Source: Macrostomum lignano | Taxonomy: Eukaryota | Assembly (NCBI GenBank): GCA_002269645.1 | Contig: NIVC01000012.1 | Span: forward strand, 992,001-1,056,000 | Direction: 5' to 3' | DNA: 64,000 nt | Part shown: positions 1 through 13,680 of the stretch, in pieces | Layout: each line of letters begins with the position of its first letter | Position numbering within the stretch: position 1 is the first letter of the stretch | Notes under the pieces: generated by a model | What the model was told of the DNA's origin: nothing | Seen by the model: only the letters and a program-made list of their open reading frames with translations | The model's database searches: none | Position numbers and translations under genes: made by a program

Positions 1-572
1 TTAAAACTCAGCGAACCACACCACCCCAAAAAGCTAGACACCCTTTATACGAGTGCACTGTTAAATGTGTACATTGTGTACACTAAGCCTAAATTCTCTC
101 TCCAACAACCACTGTTAATTGGTCAAGACTTTTCTAGCCTAGTCAAATTTATAAATAATTTAAAAATCTGTCTCAGAAAAGGCTCAGTCAATTTGTGCAG
201 CAATGTTGCATTCTGATTGGTCATATTTATATCAGGAGGTTTGCGGGTTTGTTAGCCTTTTATTATTATCAGTGTGCAGTGTACAGTGTCAGTGTATTTT
301 ATCGATTGCCTTTGCTTAGAAGCGATTAAGCAAATTATATTTTTTCTAGCCAGGGTGAGAGAACTTATTGTGTGCATTTAGGGGGCACCATATGATGCAA
401 TCATTATTCACTGTCACTCGGTTAGAGCAAAAGTCACACGAAGCAGTTCTAACACTATCAATTTCTCAGTCAGCCAGTATCAGTCTCTATTAATTTCTTT
501 TTTCTTACATTCTTACAATTCTCTCTTTGGATTCATAAATTTCACGCTATGCTAAATGGAAGGGGTGCACGA

Positions 573-885
573 CAATTGACTGCCACAATTTGACTGCGGT
601 CAATTTGACTGCGGACAATTTGACTGCCGAGCAATTTGACTGCCGACAAAATGACTGCGAACAAAATGACTGCGGACAAAATGACTGCCGACAATTTGAC
701 TGCCGACAAAATGACTGCCGACAATTTGACTGCCGACAAAATGACTGCCAACAAAATGACTGCCGACAAAATGACTGCGGAAATTTGACTGCCGACAATA
801 TGACTGCGGCAATTTGACTGCCGACAAAATGACTGCGGCAATTTGACTGCCGAGCAATTTGACTGCCAGCTAAATGACTGCTGGC
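573..885. repeat. 15-bp tandem repeat (AATTTGACTGCCGAC / AAAATGACTGCGGAC variants)
   Basis: Direct visual periodicity; the overlapping repetitive ORFs are by-products. Confidence 0.9.
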
Positions 886-2287
886 AGCTAAAAGAGTCTG
901 GGACATCAAATCCCGTCGAGATCCATCAAGATGAAGGGGCATTCTGAAATCACTTTGCCACCTGGTGGGGGGTCTAATAGGGCATGTCTGTAGGTCATTT
1001 TTTAGCAACTTTGCCAGCGCACCATTTCGAAACGGCTTGGTCTGGAAATGAGAGACTTGCATCATCGCATAGGGCAACTATTGCCGCTTCAGATGCCGTT
1101 TGTCGCGTCGATAGATTTGCTACCATTCTGCCCTGGCGAGCATTGCCGTAAAGTGTAATAATCTCCTCAGCGGCTATCAGAGAGTGAGTACCCTTAAACT
1201 TTAGATGCACTTTGCCAGCCTTCTGGTGGGTATTTCTCGACGTTCTTGGTGCCGTTGGAAAGCTCTAGAGATGCTCTATCGATGTCATTTTGTCCGCAGT
1301 TGATACTACTTGTGATTAGACAGTTGTATCTTGCGGCGTGACTTCCTGAAAATGGCCAGCCAATTCCCTAGACCCCTGACTACAGACTTTGGCCAGAGGA
1401 CCTCAGAAAATTTCAAAGCCACCTAATCCGATGCCCATAGAGAAGTGCGTAGAAAATTACACTTTGGCTTTATGCCTGCCTTTCGACGAAAGAAAAAGGT
1501 AGTGAAGTTTAAGAGAAAGGGAAATCGATTTTTATTATTACAGAAAACCATAACCAAAACCAAAAATACAATGATATGAAAAATTTAAATGAAGCCTACT
1601 TCTGCGCGGATTGTTGAAATACGATTTGAAGCACAGGAAACACATGAAACACAAAGTATTAACAAAGTATTGAAATGTGTTAACAAAGCATTAAAAAGTG
1701 TTAACATAGCGTGAAGAAAGTATTCACAATTTCCCCAAATCCAAAAGACTCTCTTAAAGTCTTTAGGAGGGATACAGATGTTATAAAACTCTGAGTACCT
1801 GTAGTTGTACGGTTTTTGTGTAAACTGCGTCATTTACTAAAGCGACACAAACCTAATTCTTGGAGGTGAGGCACAGTGCCTACACTGCAACCTTTTCGGG
1901 CTGGGTGACTTCTGGGGGGGGTCCATTCACGTCCCAGGTTCACAACTTGCCCAAAATAGTGCACAATAATTAAATTTTCTTAGGCCTCCAATTGAAACTA
2001 TTAGTTGATATAGGAGGCCTATATAAGTTATAAAAAATTATCTAAAAATAATTAAAATCATTAGATAATTAGATAATATGCATATTTAGTACAACATGAA
2101 CATGAACTAAGTATCGAAGTGAAATGGAAAAAGTGATAATGATGATGACGATATTATTATATGGATTATGTATATTACAGAAGTCAGAATTATGATGAGG
2201 ATAGATACATGATACATACCTGATGAAGATACATTACGTTAAAATGGCAAAACATTTCACTGGTCTTTAGTCCTTCGGGGTCATGAG

Positions 2288-4200
2288 TCAGTCATGAGTC
2301 ATGGGGTCTGTCGCCCAGAGCACATGAAAAAAATGAAAAATTGTCGATTTCTTCAAGCACGGGTACTCCCGGAGCGCGTCCGGGCGCCTTTCACCGTAAT
2401 CGTAGAGGACCTCCTCGTCTTTACGGACGGTCCGGAGCGCTTGGAATGCAATGCGCAGCAGGCTGCCCACCTTAACGACGATGGGCCTTATGTTAGCATT
2501 CTGCCGGCTGTGGTTGATGTATTTTCCAACATAACATTCGTAAGAAGTGGCGTCGACGCAGTAGGCTCTTTGTTGCCAGCTGAAGAAGAATAGGAAGCAG
2601 CAGGGCTTCCCATCTTCTTGCAGCTGTGCCTCGCGTGCTCGCCTCGCCCTGTCCCCTTGAATGAGTTCGCCACCATACCAACAAACGATCTCGCCCTGCG
2701 CCAAATCCACTCGGGCAAAGACACCTTGGCCGTCCGGGTCGACGCTGTTGCCCCGGACAACGACTTTACCCGATTGAATTAGCGTGGCGCGATGCAGATC
2801 TGCTCCTGCAGACATTGGCCTGGATGGCGACACTTCTGGCAGTTCTTGGCCATGGCTTGTAGCTTGGCTGGATCTCCGGATGCGAGGAGTGACCAGTGCG
2901 ATCTGCATCTCGCCAGTTGGCGTCAGCTCCCTCTCAGGGATGATGATTGAGGCATTCAAGAAGGCATTGGGTGTACTTGCGATAGCAGCCATACCGCCGA
3001 CAGGGTCGTGGGCAGTCGCCAGGTCTGCCTGCTCCACTGCAACCAGCTGGGCCTCCCTCCGGAGCCACTTTTCATATGGCACCTGATCATAAAAACGAAA
3101 CGGAAGCGAATTAAAAATAATATTTGTTTTAATTAATGTTCTTGTAATAATAAGTTTCTTTTATTTATTTCCATTTATTTTTAATGATTTTTTAAACTTA
3201 TCAATATTATAAATTCATAATAAGCTTAGCTTAGCTTACCTCAATGTCGGCAGCAGCAGTTGCCGAAGCCGAAGCTGCACCGGGGTATTCAAAAGACCCG
3301 TGGCAAGGATGCGTGGCATCGGGGTCATTCGATTGCGCAGGCAGCTGAACCTCGCTGCAGGTGGCCGCATGACGGGCAGCAGCAGGCGTGCCGGGTGGTG
3401 AAATGTCCTCATAGACCGGCTGGTGATACGATTGCGCAGGCAGCTGAACCTCGCTGCAGGTGGCCGCATGACGGGCAGCAGCAGGCGTGCCGTGTGGCGA
3501 AATGCCCTCATGGACCGGAGGCGCAGCAGAGGCTTCGGGAAGGCGTTCGAGACTGACTATTGGGCTGAACCGGGCAACAGGCAGCTGCAGCTCCTGTGGC
3601 GTGGCGTGAGGAGTGGCGCAGGTCGGCAGCCGACCAGAAGCCTGTTAATAAATTTCATTAAAAAGAAGCGAATTACAAGCGAATCCAGTGGCACACTTCC
3701 AGTAACGAGTAAACCAGTAACAAGGCCCTGTCAGCAATTATTCGGTCAGCAATTTTTCTATTAAATATTCTGCAGGTCTAACTTACCTCATTGCGGGTTG
3801 CCGGCGTGGAGGTAGCCTGTGCGATATCCTGTCCTGGAAGGCGCTCGAGAGTGACAACAGGGTTGAGGGCCCGAGCATCCCGGATGCCGAACTGGGCAAG
3901 CAGCTGCAGCTCCTGCATTCTCTTGGCTGCCCGAGCCCTGGCCTGAGCCACAGCTGCTCGCCCGACGGGATGCTCGACCCCGAAATGAAATTGTTGATAG
4001 TGTTCACGCAGATTGCTCGAAGCAAGGGCGTCACATAGGTGACACAATTTTAAATCTTCCTTGCCAATCCAGCGGTTGTAGATTATTGAAGCATGGATCT
4101 GGTCCATATTGGCGGCATGCTTTGCCATGCCATGTCGAATTAAATTGTCCGTTCTAGCAGTCTGATAGTCGCAAACAGGGCAACGAATGTTAGAATCCAT
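2288..4200 (-). CDS. C2H2 zinc-finger + PR-Set7/KMT5A(SET8)-like SET-domain protein; exons 4200-3787, 3641-3240, 3082-2288 (~536 aa)
   Basis: Exon 1 has CPVCDYQTARTDNLIRHGMAKH and CHLCDALASSNLREHYQQFH. Both introns are phase-0 GT-AG (GAG|GTAAGT, AACAG|GCT, GAG|GTAAGC, ATCAG|GTG) and exon 2 is open. Exon 3 has SET8-type motifs GQGVFA, YGGELI, YCVDAT, GKYINHS, EEVLYDYGER. Confidence 0.8.
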
Positions 4201-4476
4201 TAGACCAGAAACACGTGTGCTAATTATTATTTTTAAAAATTGAATTTGAAGTCAATCGAAAACTGACAAAAAAATAAACTATGAAATACAAAACTTTTAA
4301 GCTCTCTATTTAAATACAAAACCAGTTAGGGAGAGAAATACATAAAAATGAGGATAAACATACACATCTTAGGCTGTCAATACACTTAAAAGTGTATCAT
4401 ACAGTAAAGCGTATGCTTATCCTAACAGGTGTATGAGCCTCCTACAAGGAAGTGTATGTAATGCCTCGTGTCCGAC

Positions 4477-4512
4477 CCCTAACCCTAACCCTAACCCTAA
4501 CCCTAACCCTAA
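4477..4512. repeat. Interstitial telomeric-type repeat (CCCTAA)6
   Basis: Six perfect CCCTAA units read directly. Confidence 0.9.
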
Positions 4513-4519
4513 GTAATCC

Positions 4520-5280
4520 TCTCCAATAGTCATTATAGCACTACAGCATTATAGCGATTCCCTGCAAGCCTCGACATCGTAGGGATTCCCAAATGAATCT
4601 CTTAACTTCGACATGAAGCTTCTTTTATTTTTTACATTACGCTTTTTCTATCAGCGATCCCTCCCGTGAGGAGCCAACAAATAATGAAAAGAAGTTTTCA
4701 ATAGACTACATGTAGCTTCTGACTTTAGCCTTGACATCTCAATTATTCCCCCATGAGCCTTGACATCTCAGCTATTCCCCCGTAAGCCTTGACATGTCAG
4801 GAATGCCCCCCATAAACCTTGATATCTGAAAAATCCCCTGTTAACCTTGAAACCCGCTAAAATCTAACCCTCAACCCAAACCTGACCTAAACCTAACTTT
4901 AACCCAACCTAAAGCCTTGAAATCTCAGCAATTCTTCTCCCCTAAGCCTTGACAATTTAGTGATTCTTTCTTCAAGAATCACAGCACTATAGCGATTCCC
5001 TCCAAGCCTTGACATCGTAGCAATTCCTAAATGAATCTTTTAACTTCGACATGACTCTTCTTTTATGCATACATAGTGCTTCTTTTCTTTTTTAAGTGAC
5101 TCTTTTTCTATCAGCGCCCCCCCATGGCAAGCCAACAAAAAATGTAATAAAAAAATGAGTAAAGTACATGTACTTTGACGTTGCTTCTGACTTTTGCTTT
5201 GACATCTCAGAAACCCCCCCTTAATCTCAGTTATTCTCCGTGAGCCTTGACATCTCAGTAAGTCTCGCCAGCACAGCACA
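4520..5280. repeat. Dispersed repeat with degenerate AGCCTTGACATCTCAGCAATTCCCC units and CTAACC tracts; possibly a non-autonomous Helitron/Helentron-like element
   Basis: Shares its unit with the 7140-7760 array; 4540-4660 is repeated near 4980-5120. The element class is inference. Confidence 0.45.
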
Positions 5281-5354
5281 ATAGCTTCATTTAATTTTTA
5301 CATGACACTTCTTTCATGTCTGACATTTTTTATTGTCACTTGATTTTTGATGTC

Positions 5355-5995
5355 AGTATGATTTTTTTACATTACGCTTCTATGATTTTTTACATGACGC
5401 TTCTATGATTGTTTACATGACACTTCTATGACTTTTTACATGACGCTTCTATGATTTTTTACATGACGCTTCTATGGTTTTTTTCATGACGCTTCTATGA
5501 TTTTTTACATGACTCTTCTATAATTGTTTACATGACGCTTCTATAATTGTTTACATGACGCTTCTATGATTTTTTACATGACGCTTCTATGATAGTTTAC
5601 ATGACGCTTCTATGATTTTTTTACATGACGCTTCTATGATTTTTTACATGACGCTTCTATGATTTTTTACATGACTCTTCTATAATTGTTTACATGACGC
5701 TTCTATGATTTTTTACATGACGCTTCTATGATATTTTACATGACGCTTCTATGATTTTTTTACATGACGCTTCTATGATTTTTTCATGACGCTTCTATGA
5801 TTTTTTACATGGCGCTTCTATGATTTTTACATGACGCTTCTATTATTTCTTACATGACGCTTCTATGATTTTTATATGACGCTTCTACGATTTTTTTACA
5901 TGACGCTTCTATGATTGTTTACATGACGCTTCTATGATTTTTTACAAGAAGCTTCTATGATTGTTTACATGACGCTTCTATGATTGTTTACATAA
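5355..5995. repeat. ~23-bp minisatellite (TTTTTTACATGACGCTTCTATGA)
   Basis: Direct periodicity. Confidence 0.92.
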
Positions 5996-6054
5996 CGCCT
6001 TTTTTGTCCTTTATTATTTTTTTAATAAAAGCTTTTAATAAAAAAATTTTCACT

Positions 6055-6115
6055 ACTAAGATTCGAACCCAGGTCGCTGCATTTGCAGTCCAGTCTGTTC
6101 ACACCTAAGCTAGCT
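6055..6115 (-). other. Degenerate tRNA-like / SINE-head sequence
   Basis: Minus strand reads TAGCTTAGGTG...CTGCAAA...GGTTCGAATC (A-box and B-box like); the stems do not pair fully. Confidence 0.35.
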
Positions 6116-6169
6116 CTTATCGAATTTTTAAATGAAATTGTAGCACTTATATAATTCAACACTCCCTCA

Positions 6170-6520
6170 CGAAGCAGTTATGACATAATCAATTTCCCAG
6201 GCAAGTCAGTATCAGTCTCAATTAAAGTTGAGAATATGGTTACGCAATCTAAATCAAGTCTGGTGCTACGCTTCCACACTGCATTTTCAATACTGTGACG
6301 CAATTCAAGTTGGAGTTACAATTCAGTTATGATGCAATCTATTTCAGAATCAGAATTCAACCAGTCAGTTTTTTCTCTAGCATTCTTACAATGCATTTCA
6401 AGTCGAAAAGTTTGCTTGACCTTTGCAAAAAAGCATGTTTTTCGAATATTTAATGCCTTTAGCATCGAGCAATTTCTTAGCCACGATGCATGTACCGTCA
6501 CGGGAAAATTTCTGATCGAA
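6170..6520. repeat. Dispersed repeat, copy 1 (copy 2 at ~10498-10800, partial copy at ~10250-10430)
   Basis: Shared blocks CACGAAGCAG.TATGACATAAT and TCAGAATCAGAATTCA.CCAG.CAGTTTTTTCTCTAGCATTC. Confidence 0.75.
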
Positions 6521-7139
6521 CAGTGCAAGTCTCATGAAAATCGGTTAAGCCATTTTTTCTCTAATCGATTACAAGCAAGCAAGCAAGATTTTCATTTTTA
6601 GTATATAGGAATAGCCATTTAGCCCCCCGCTGGGGAGCCTTGAAAATGACACCAATTGGTTTTTATTTTGGCACAAGAGTAACCTTACTATAATCATCCA
6701 AAGTTTTGATTTCCAATAATCAAAAATTACCTTTTCTCATTTTGGCAGAAATAAATTGTCATCAATCCGAATTTATTAGCCAAAAAAGTTTCGTTTATCA
6801 GCTCAAAACCCTTTCTAAATCAGCAAATAGTGCTTATCCTTTCAAGCACAAACTCTTGATGCATATCGTCACTGGCCGGGGCATATTCTGATCCGCAGCA
6901 GGAGCTCAATATGCAAATCCCTGACGCCCTTAGACCCTCTCTCTATATTAGCCTAAATCAAAGGATCAAACCAGCGCAAAGGATTAAATGCGCTGGTATT
7001 TCCTATTAGCAGAAATCAGCATCACTTGTGTGTACTTTTTCATTATCTGAATTACATGAGCTACTTGAGCCGTACTACCTGACCATTTGACAATCGCCCA
7101 ACAACCTAACACCCCCCAAAAAAATTCAGCCATCGTCCA

Positions 7140-7760
7140 TGAGCCTTGACATCTCAGCAACTTCCACAGTAAGCCTTGAGATCTCAGAAATTCCCCCAGT
7201 AAGCCTTGACATCTCAGCAATTCCCCCAGTAAGCCTTGAGATCTCAGCAATTCCCCCAGTAAGCCTTGACATCTCAGCAATTCCCCCAGTAAGCCTTGAA
7301 ATCTCAGCATTCCCCCAGTAAGCATTGAGATCTCAGAAATTATCCCAGTAAGTTTTGAGATCTCAGAAATTCCCCCAGTAAGCCTTGACATCTCAGCAAT
7401 TCCCTCAGTAAGCCTTGACATCTCAGCAATTCCCCCAGTAAGCATAGAAATCTTAGCAATTCCCAGTAGGACTTGACATCTCAGCAATACCCCCAGTAAG
7501 CCTTGACATCTCAGTAAGCATAGAAATCTTAGCAATTCCCAGTAGGACTTGACATTGTAGCAAATCCCAGAAAGCCTTGACATATCAGCAATTCTTAGTA
7601 GGACTTGACATCTCAGCAATTCCCCCATTAAGCCTCGACATTGCAGCAATTCTCCCAGCGCAGTAATTAGCCTTGACATCCCAACAACCCAACTCCCCTC
7701 TCCCAAGAATTCAGCAATCCCCTTATAAGCCTTGATAACTCAGCTATTCCCCCATGAGCT
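7140..7760. repeat. 30-bp minisatellite (AGTAAGCCTTGACATCTCAGCAATTCCCCC)
   Basis: Direct periodicity; degenerate units continue to ~8400. Confidence 0.9.
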
Positions 7761-8817
7761 TTGATATCTTAGCAAGTCTTTAATTGATTGTTGACAGCGG
7801 TTAATTTATGATTGAACAAAAACTGACCCTAAGCCCCCAAACCTACCCATAAGTGAGTCTTGGCATGTTAGCAATTTCCACTATGAGCCTTGAGCCTCAG
7901 CAATAAAGTAACTTCCTCATAAGGTTTGTAATCTGAATTTCACCGAAAGCCTTGACCTATCAGCAATTTCCCGTAGAGCCAAAGCATTTAAGTAATTCGC
8001 CCCAAGAGCCTTTAATCTTAGCAATTCCTCGATGGATCATTGATGGTTGTCACGACGATCGCTCTATAATTTAACCAAAACCATAACCCTTAACCTGTAG
8101 TCGAATTTCAGCAATTCCCCAATGAGCTTTGGAAATGTTAGCAATTTCCCCATGAGCCTGAAAATTGAGTGACCAACCATTTGATATCTTGGCACTTGCA
8201 TTTCAACAATTAATTTCAGCAATTTCACAAATGAACCTTGAATTCAAAGCAATTCTCCCCAGAATGACATAATTATAGCAATTCCCCTTTGTCTTGATAT
8301 CTTAACAATCCTTCCATGAGTATTGATATATCACAGCAATTTGCCATACCAGCATTATGCTCGTAGCAATAGTCTTAGCAGTCTTAACAGTCTTAGCAAT
8401 TCCCAATGAGACTTTTACTTTCGACAGGGCGCTTTTTTATGATTGACATGATGATTCTTGTTCGTTTTTTCTTGCCTTTGCGTTTTCTTCTCTTTAAAAG
8501 AAGTTTATATTAAAAAATACAATATTTCACTATAGCTTTCTGCAGTTTATCAATGGTTCACCAGCAGTTTAGCAATGCAGTTTAGCAATGCTTCACCAGC
8601 AGTTTAGCAATGGTTCACCAGCACTGTTTTGCACAATCAGTGAGCAGATGGCCACTAATCTTTGCATATGGCTATATTGCTTCTGCATAATCAAAACCAT
8701 TTAAGATGTTTTTGCAACTTGCAGGGTAAATTTAATCTCCTTACATATTTATTATTTTATTATATGCGTCGACAGATTAGCACTGCTCTCCCCGATTAGC
8801 GCTGCTAACCCAGATTA

Positions 8818-9137
8818 GCAATACCCTTTGCAAATTAGCACTTACAGCAGATAAGCGCTGCTCTTGAAGCTTAGCGTAGCCCCAGCGAAAGTATATATAA
8901 AATAAAATGTTAAAAATTTGCATGAATTCCCATAGGAAACAATACCCTTTGCAATACAATGCAAAGTATTGCAATGTAATACAAATGCACCCTTTGCAAC
9001 AATGCCCTTTGCAATACCCTTTGCAAATTGGCACTTACAGCAGATAAGCACTTTGATTGAAGCTTAGCGTAGCCCCAGCGAAAGTATACATAAAATAAAA
9101 TGTTGAAAATTTGCATGAATTCCCATAGGAAACAATG
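8818..9137. repeat. ~125-bp direct duplication (8818-8943 and 9012-9137)
   Basis: Near-identical GCAATACCCTTTGCAAATT...CCCATAGGAAACAAT blocks. Confidence 0.8.
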
Positions 9138-9868
9138 ATTATTTTCACAAAGATAAATTCGCTGCTTCAATGTAGACTCGAACTGCCGACCTTCTACTAA
9201 AAGCCCTATACTATTCTAGAAGTTTAGTAGCTAACCTGAAATTAGCTATCCCTTCGAATCCCGCAAACAGACTGCAGTCATACTCTTAGCAGCCTGCAGG
9301 TACTACTGTCTACAACTTTCATTAGCATCGGCAAACTACAATAATTCACTCAGCAGTCCGCAGTTACTCGTATCCCCTCAACAACTTGCTCTGCTATACA
9401 CTCATAAGTCTGGAGGAATACCTCAGCAGTTTTTTTCAATTTTTCCCATTGCAGTCTGCATGAATGAGTCTTCTGAGCAATGATTCTTTCAGTATTCTGA
9501 AAATTTTCTCAGCATTTAGTAGGGCTCACTAATCAATTTTCGATACATATCGGCAGTCTTTTGCGCAGCTCAGCATTTAGCAGTACCTTCAGCTGTTTAG
9601 CTATTTAGCAGCATCGTCTGCAATTCGGAAGCAGTAATACACGAATCAGTTTTTTACAAATCAAATTTTAAAATGCACTGGCTGAAATCAAATCAAATTC
9701 AAATTGACAAAATCAAATTTGTTTAGCAACTTGTGCTGAATAGCAAAAATATTGTGCTGAATAGCAAATACAATTCATTGAGTGTGGCTTACTAATTAAT
9801 AAAATTGATTCAATTAATTTAGGCGCTAGGTATAAATGAACTAATTTATTTCATATTAATTATCGGCC

Positions 9869-9945
9869 GGCGAGGCGGACTCGAACCTTGGACCTTACGC
9901 CTAGCCTAAACCTAGTCCTAGTGCCTACACTGCGGCTATTCCGCC
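9869..9945 (-). other. Degenerate tRNA-like / SINE-head sequence
   Basis: Minus strand reads GGCGGAATAGCCGCAGTGTAGG...GGTTCGAGTCCGCCTCGCC (A and B boxes, partial acceptor stem). Confidence 0.35.
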
Positions 9946-11407
9946 TACTGATGGGAGGGCGCAAAAATCAGCCATATATGCTTTGACATTGCGGTCAAAT
10001 ACATGGCAGTGATAGGCTGCTCAGTGTGCACAGGTTTGGTGCCGGCAGAGCCGTTCAGCCAAGGTCAGAAGAATGTACACACGCAGCCACTGAGCATTAT
10101 TTTATTTCAATAGTTTTAAAATGCACTGGCTGATTTCGCTCTCCCTCCAGAGTGCCTGCGCAATGCTTGGCACACTGCCTCCACCTAAAAAGCTCAGAGT
10201 CAGTTTATAGCGAGGATATGCAGTACGCAGTTGTGGCGCAATCATAATTAGAATTGGAATTCAGGCAGTAAAGAATTCAACCTTGCTTGGCCTTCTATTA
10301 AAAGCATTAGAAAAACTCGTTTTTCGAATATTTAATACCTTTAACATTGAAGCAGCTACAAGAAATTTTAACTGTCTTCTTTCCAGATAATTACAAATCT
10401 TTTGGCAAAAACGCAATTAAAATTGGTCAATTGGTTCGATCTCTAGAGCGCTACACGAATACACGAATACAAACACAAAGTCTGTTCGAGTGAACGTCAC
10501 ACGAAGCAGCTATGACATAATTAAATATGCAGGCAGTCAGTATCAGTCTAAATTAAAGTTTGCTATATGGTTACGCAATTTCTGCCTTTTAACTTGGCAC
10601 AGTGTTTTCAAATTGTTGTTATGCAATCTTTATCAGAATCAGAATTCAGCCAGCCAGTTTTTTCTCTAGCATTCGTATAGTGCACTTCAAGTCGAAAGAG
10701 CTGCTTGACCTTTGCAAAAAACATGTTTTTCGAATATTTAATCCCTTTAGCATTGGAGCAGAGTAAAGAAATTTTAACTGTCTTCTTTCCAGACAATTTT
10801 GAATCTTTTAGCAAAAACGCGATCAAAATTGGTGAAGAATTGCAATCTCTAGAGCGTTATGGACAAGCAAGCATACAAATATTAGAGATTTAGTATATTT
10901 AGAAGATTAGAAGATAGATAGAAGAAGATAGATAGAAGAAGAAGATTTGAAGATAGAAGATAGAAGATTATTTTTTGTCGGCTTCAAACGGATATTAAAC
11001 GGACTATGGTAAAAGCGAAAATCTGAGAGAATAAACCACATAGAAACCTTGGAAAGGGCCCTTTCATCTTTTTTTACTTTTAAGACCCTTTTTTACAACA
11101 AAAAAAATTGAAGTCGTCCGATCGAATCGGATCCGTCGGTGTCCATCGGATATCCTTCGGACACATGGTTTAAGGCTGGGTATAGTTTGCAAAAGAGGTG
11201 TAAAACAAAAACAAATTAATAATGAATGCACCCTGTCTGTCATCGTGTCCTTGTACCCTCTTACCCTCTTTGGTTGCTCTAATCCATCTTCCATTAGTTT
11301 ATGACTGGTTATTGAGTATCTCAGATGAGTATCTAAGCAAGAATTCGTTTTTGTCTATGGTAAAATCTTATAACTCGCTTATTATAAAAAAACGAACGCA
11401 AAGGATT

Positions 11408-13550
11408 TTAATTTTTTCTCTCATGGAATCTACAATACCTGGAGAGTCGATTATGACAAAGAACTTCTCTGGTGAATTTTTTTTGCAAATTTCCACGCGT
11501 AGTAGCACCGTGCGAAGCAATGCCGCCCCACCAGAGCCAGGCGACATCAGTTGCCTCGACGCCGGAGGTGCTGCAGCCGCTCCACCATAGCCAGGCGACA
11601 TCAGTTGCCTCGACGACGAAGATGCCGCAGCCACCCCACCAGAGCCAGGAGCAATTAGCTGCCTCGACGCCGGTGCTGCAGCCGCTCCACCTGAGCCAGA
11701 GGACATCCGTTGCCCTGCCGTTCGAAGCTACCCTAATGCGCTCAGGGTCTAAGGCATGCTTTAGGCAATCTTTGGTAGCATCCTCAACATCCTTTTCAGT
11801 CGTTCGTATTGACAGCATTGCTGCACCTCGCACGACTGGCCACAGTGGAGTATCTTTGAATGCCATCTTTGCTCCTCTTCCACAGAAATTAAAGAGTGCG
11901 GCCACTTCATGTGTCAGTAGATTGCGAAGTATTCGCCGCACAACATCCCGCAGGTCATTGTCACCAGCACATGATAGCTGCCTTTGCTAAAAAAGAACAT
12001 AAAATCACCATGTACAGATAGATTAACAGGTACATAACAATGAAATGCGTAAGTCAAATAAAAGAAAGAGTATAGTTGTAAAATTATCAAGATAATTGTA
12101 GTATATACTGGAAATTGCGACAATCGAGCATACATTAAAGTGTCTCACTAAATCACTCAATCCACAATTTATAATTCAAAACAAGACACGACTCGGAGTA
12201 TTATACAATATAACCCAGCGAATAGCCAAATACTCTTACCAGATTTTCAGCGTTTGCTTCAGTAGTAACGAATTCAGAGTCTCTAAAAGTCTACTTCAGA
12301 GCGACACGACAATGAGATAGGCATGGCAATAACGACACCCCGACGGCTGGTCAAGTAGGCCAGACTCCGAGCAATTTCACAGTTTTGCTGCCGTGTGGCC
12401 GCCAGCTCTCGCAGTATGATCCGCTCAACTCTTGCAAAACATATTATTTTAATTTTTGCCTCGCATCAGCGATACAACTTTCCGCTAATAAATGCTTACT
12501 TGTTGGCTGACTCTGTAAGCTGGAGCTTAGACCAAGGTCCCAAACAAATCATTTTGTTCTCTGGCGGCAATGTTTTGATCGTCGACATGCAGCTGTTCGG
12601 AAACCATTTGGTGTTCACCAGAAGTGGCAATGTCGGCTGCTAAACAAAAAGTAATTGAGCATAAACCAGACTGAAAAATCACAGGAAATTGTAACAAATA
12701 TATACTTACATGTGTGTTGAGCTGTCACAATTGAGCTGGCACTTTGCCTGTGACTGCCATCATCTGCATAAAGCTCAGATACAAATCCGTCTGGATCTAT
12801 GTTAAAGGGGTGGGGGAGGGTAGTTTCATTGTATACAACTATCATATCTATACAAAATACAAACTGCTTGCTGGTATAATTACCTGAAATAGTTTTTCGT
12901 TTCTTTACCATGCTACTGTATGGCCAAAAATAAGTGTATTAAAAACCTATAAAAATATTCTACTAGATACATATACCTTCCTGTCCATAGGCAAAATTCT
13001 GCTCAGCAGCCAGAAAGTCTGAGTTTAACTCGGACTGTAAACCATAGTCAACAGCACCTGCGTCAATGCCAGCAGGTTATTCATGTGGAATGGAGGCTGC
13101 TGAAAGCATTTAAATTTGTTTAAAATAAAACTATGCAAAAACACACCAATGCCAATTAAAAAGCATTGAGCACTTACAAGCAAGTCCAGAGTGTGTGTGC
13201 AACACCAGATTTGAATTAGCAGAAATATGTGGCTGATTGACACTAGCAAACCCAGGATTGGAAATTGTTGAGCAGCCTTGATGAAAAAGTGGAAACGACT
13301 TTGAAATTACAAGATGTAATAAATATATGGGAATATACCATTTTTTACATACATGTCAGTTCATGAAATGGTGGAATGAAATCATTGACCATGTCATCAG
13401 CTTTATTGTAGCTATCAGAGTCAGAATTTACAGCTGGTACATGTGACTTTTTGCTAGGACCCTGCCTGCTAGTAAAACTCGTTGGCAAATCTTTTTGGTG
13501 GCACAGAGACCCTTCTCTTTTCTGTACTTGTGGACAGGTCATCATTTCCG
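11408..13550 (-). pseudogene. Multi-exon DUF4806-like gene, companion ORF of an EnSpm/CACTA-like element; probably disrupted
   Basis: Last exon reads QRQLSCAGDNDLRDVVRRILRNLLTHEVAALFNFCGRGAKMAFKDTPLWPVVRGAA...TEKDVEDATKDCLKHA, matching the DUF4806 pattern. Upstream GT-AG bounded exon fragments lie near 12240-12440, 12495-12640 and 13380-13545. There is an apparent frameshift near 12290. Confidence 0.6.
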
Positions 13551-13680
13551 CTCATTCGGTCATTGTGCCGAATATCCGCTCATCCGCTCATTCAGAAAGA
13601 ATGTGACAATTAAAGACAGATTATTTTGCTGACAAATAAGCATTGCCTGCTGGTTAATACATTAGTCCATATTAGTGTTA

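Noticed and set aside
880-1460. Possible Mutator-like transposase tail next to the 15-bp repeats
   Set aside because: No catalytic motif could be reconstructed in any frame.
4477-4512. Chromosome end
   Set aside because: Only six units, internal, and embedded in a dispersed repeat.
6055-9945. Functional tRNA genes at 6055-6115 and 9869-9945
   Set aside because: Only the A/B boxes are recognisable and the cloverleaf stems do not pair; treated as SINE-like remnants.
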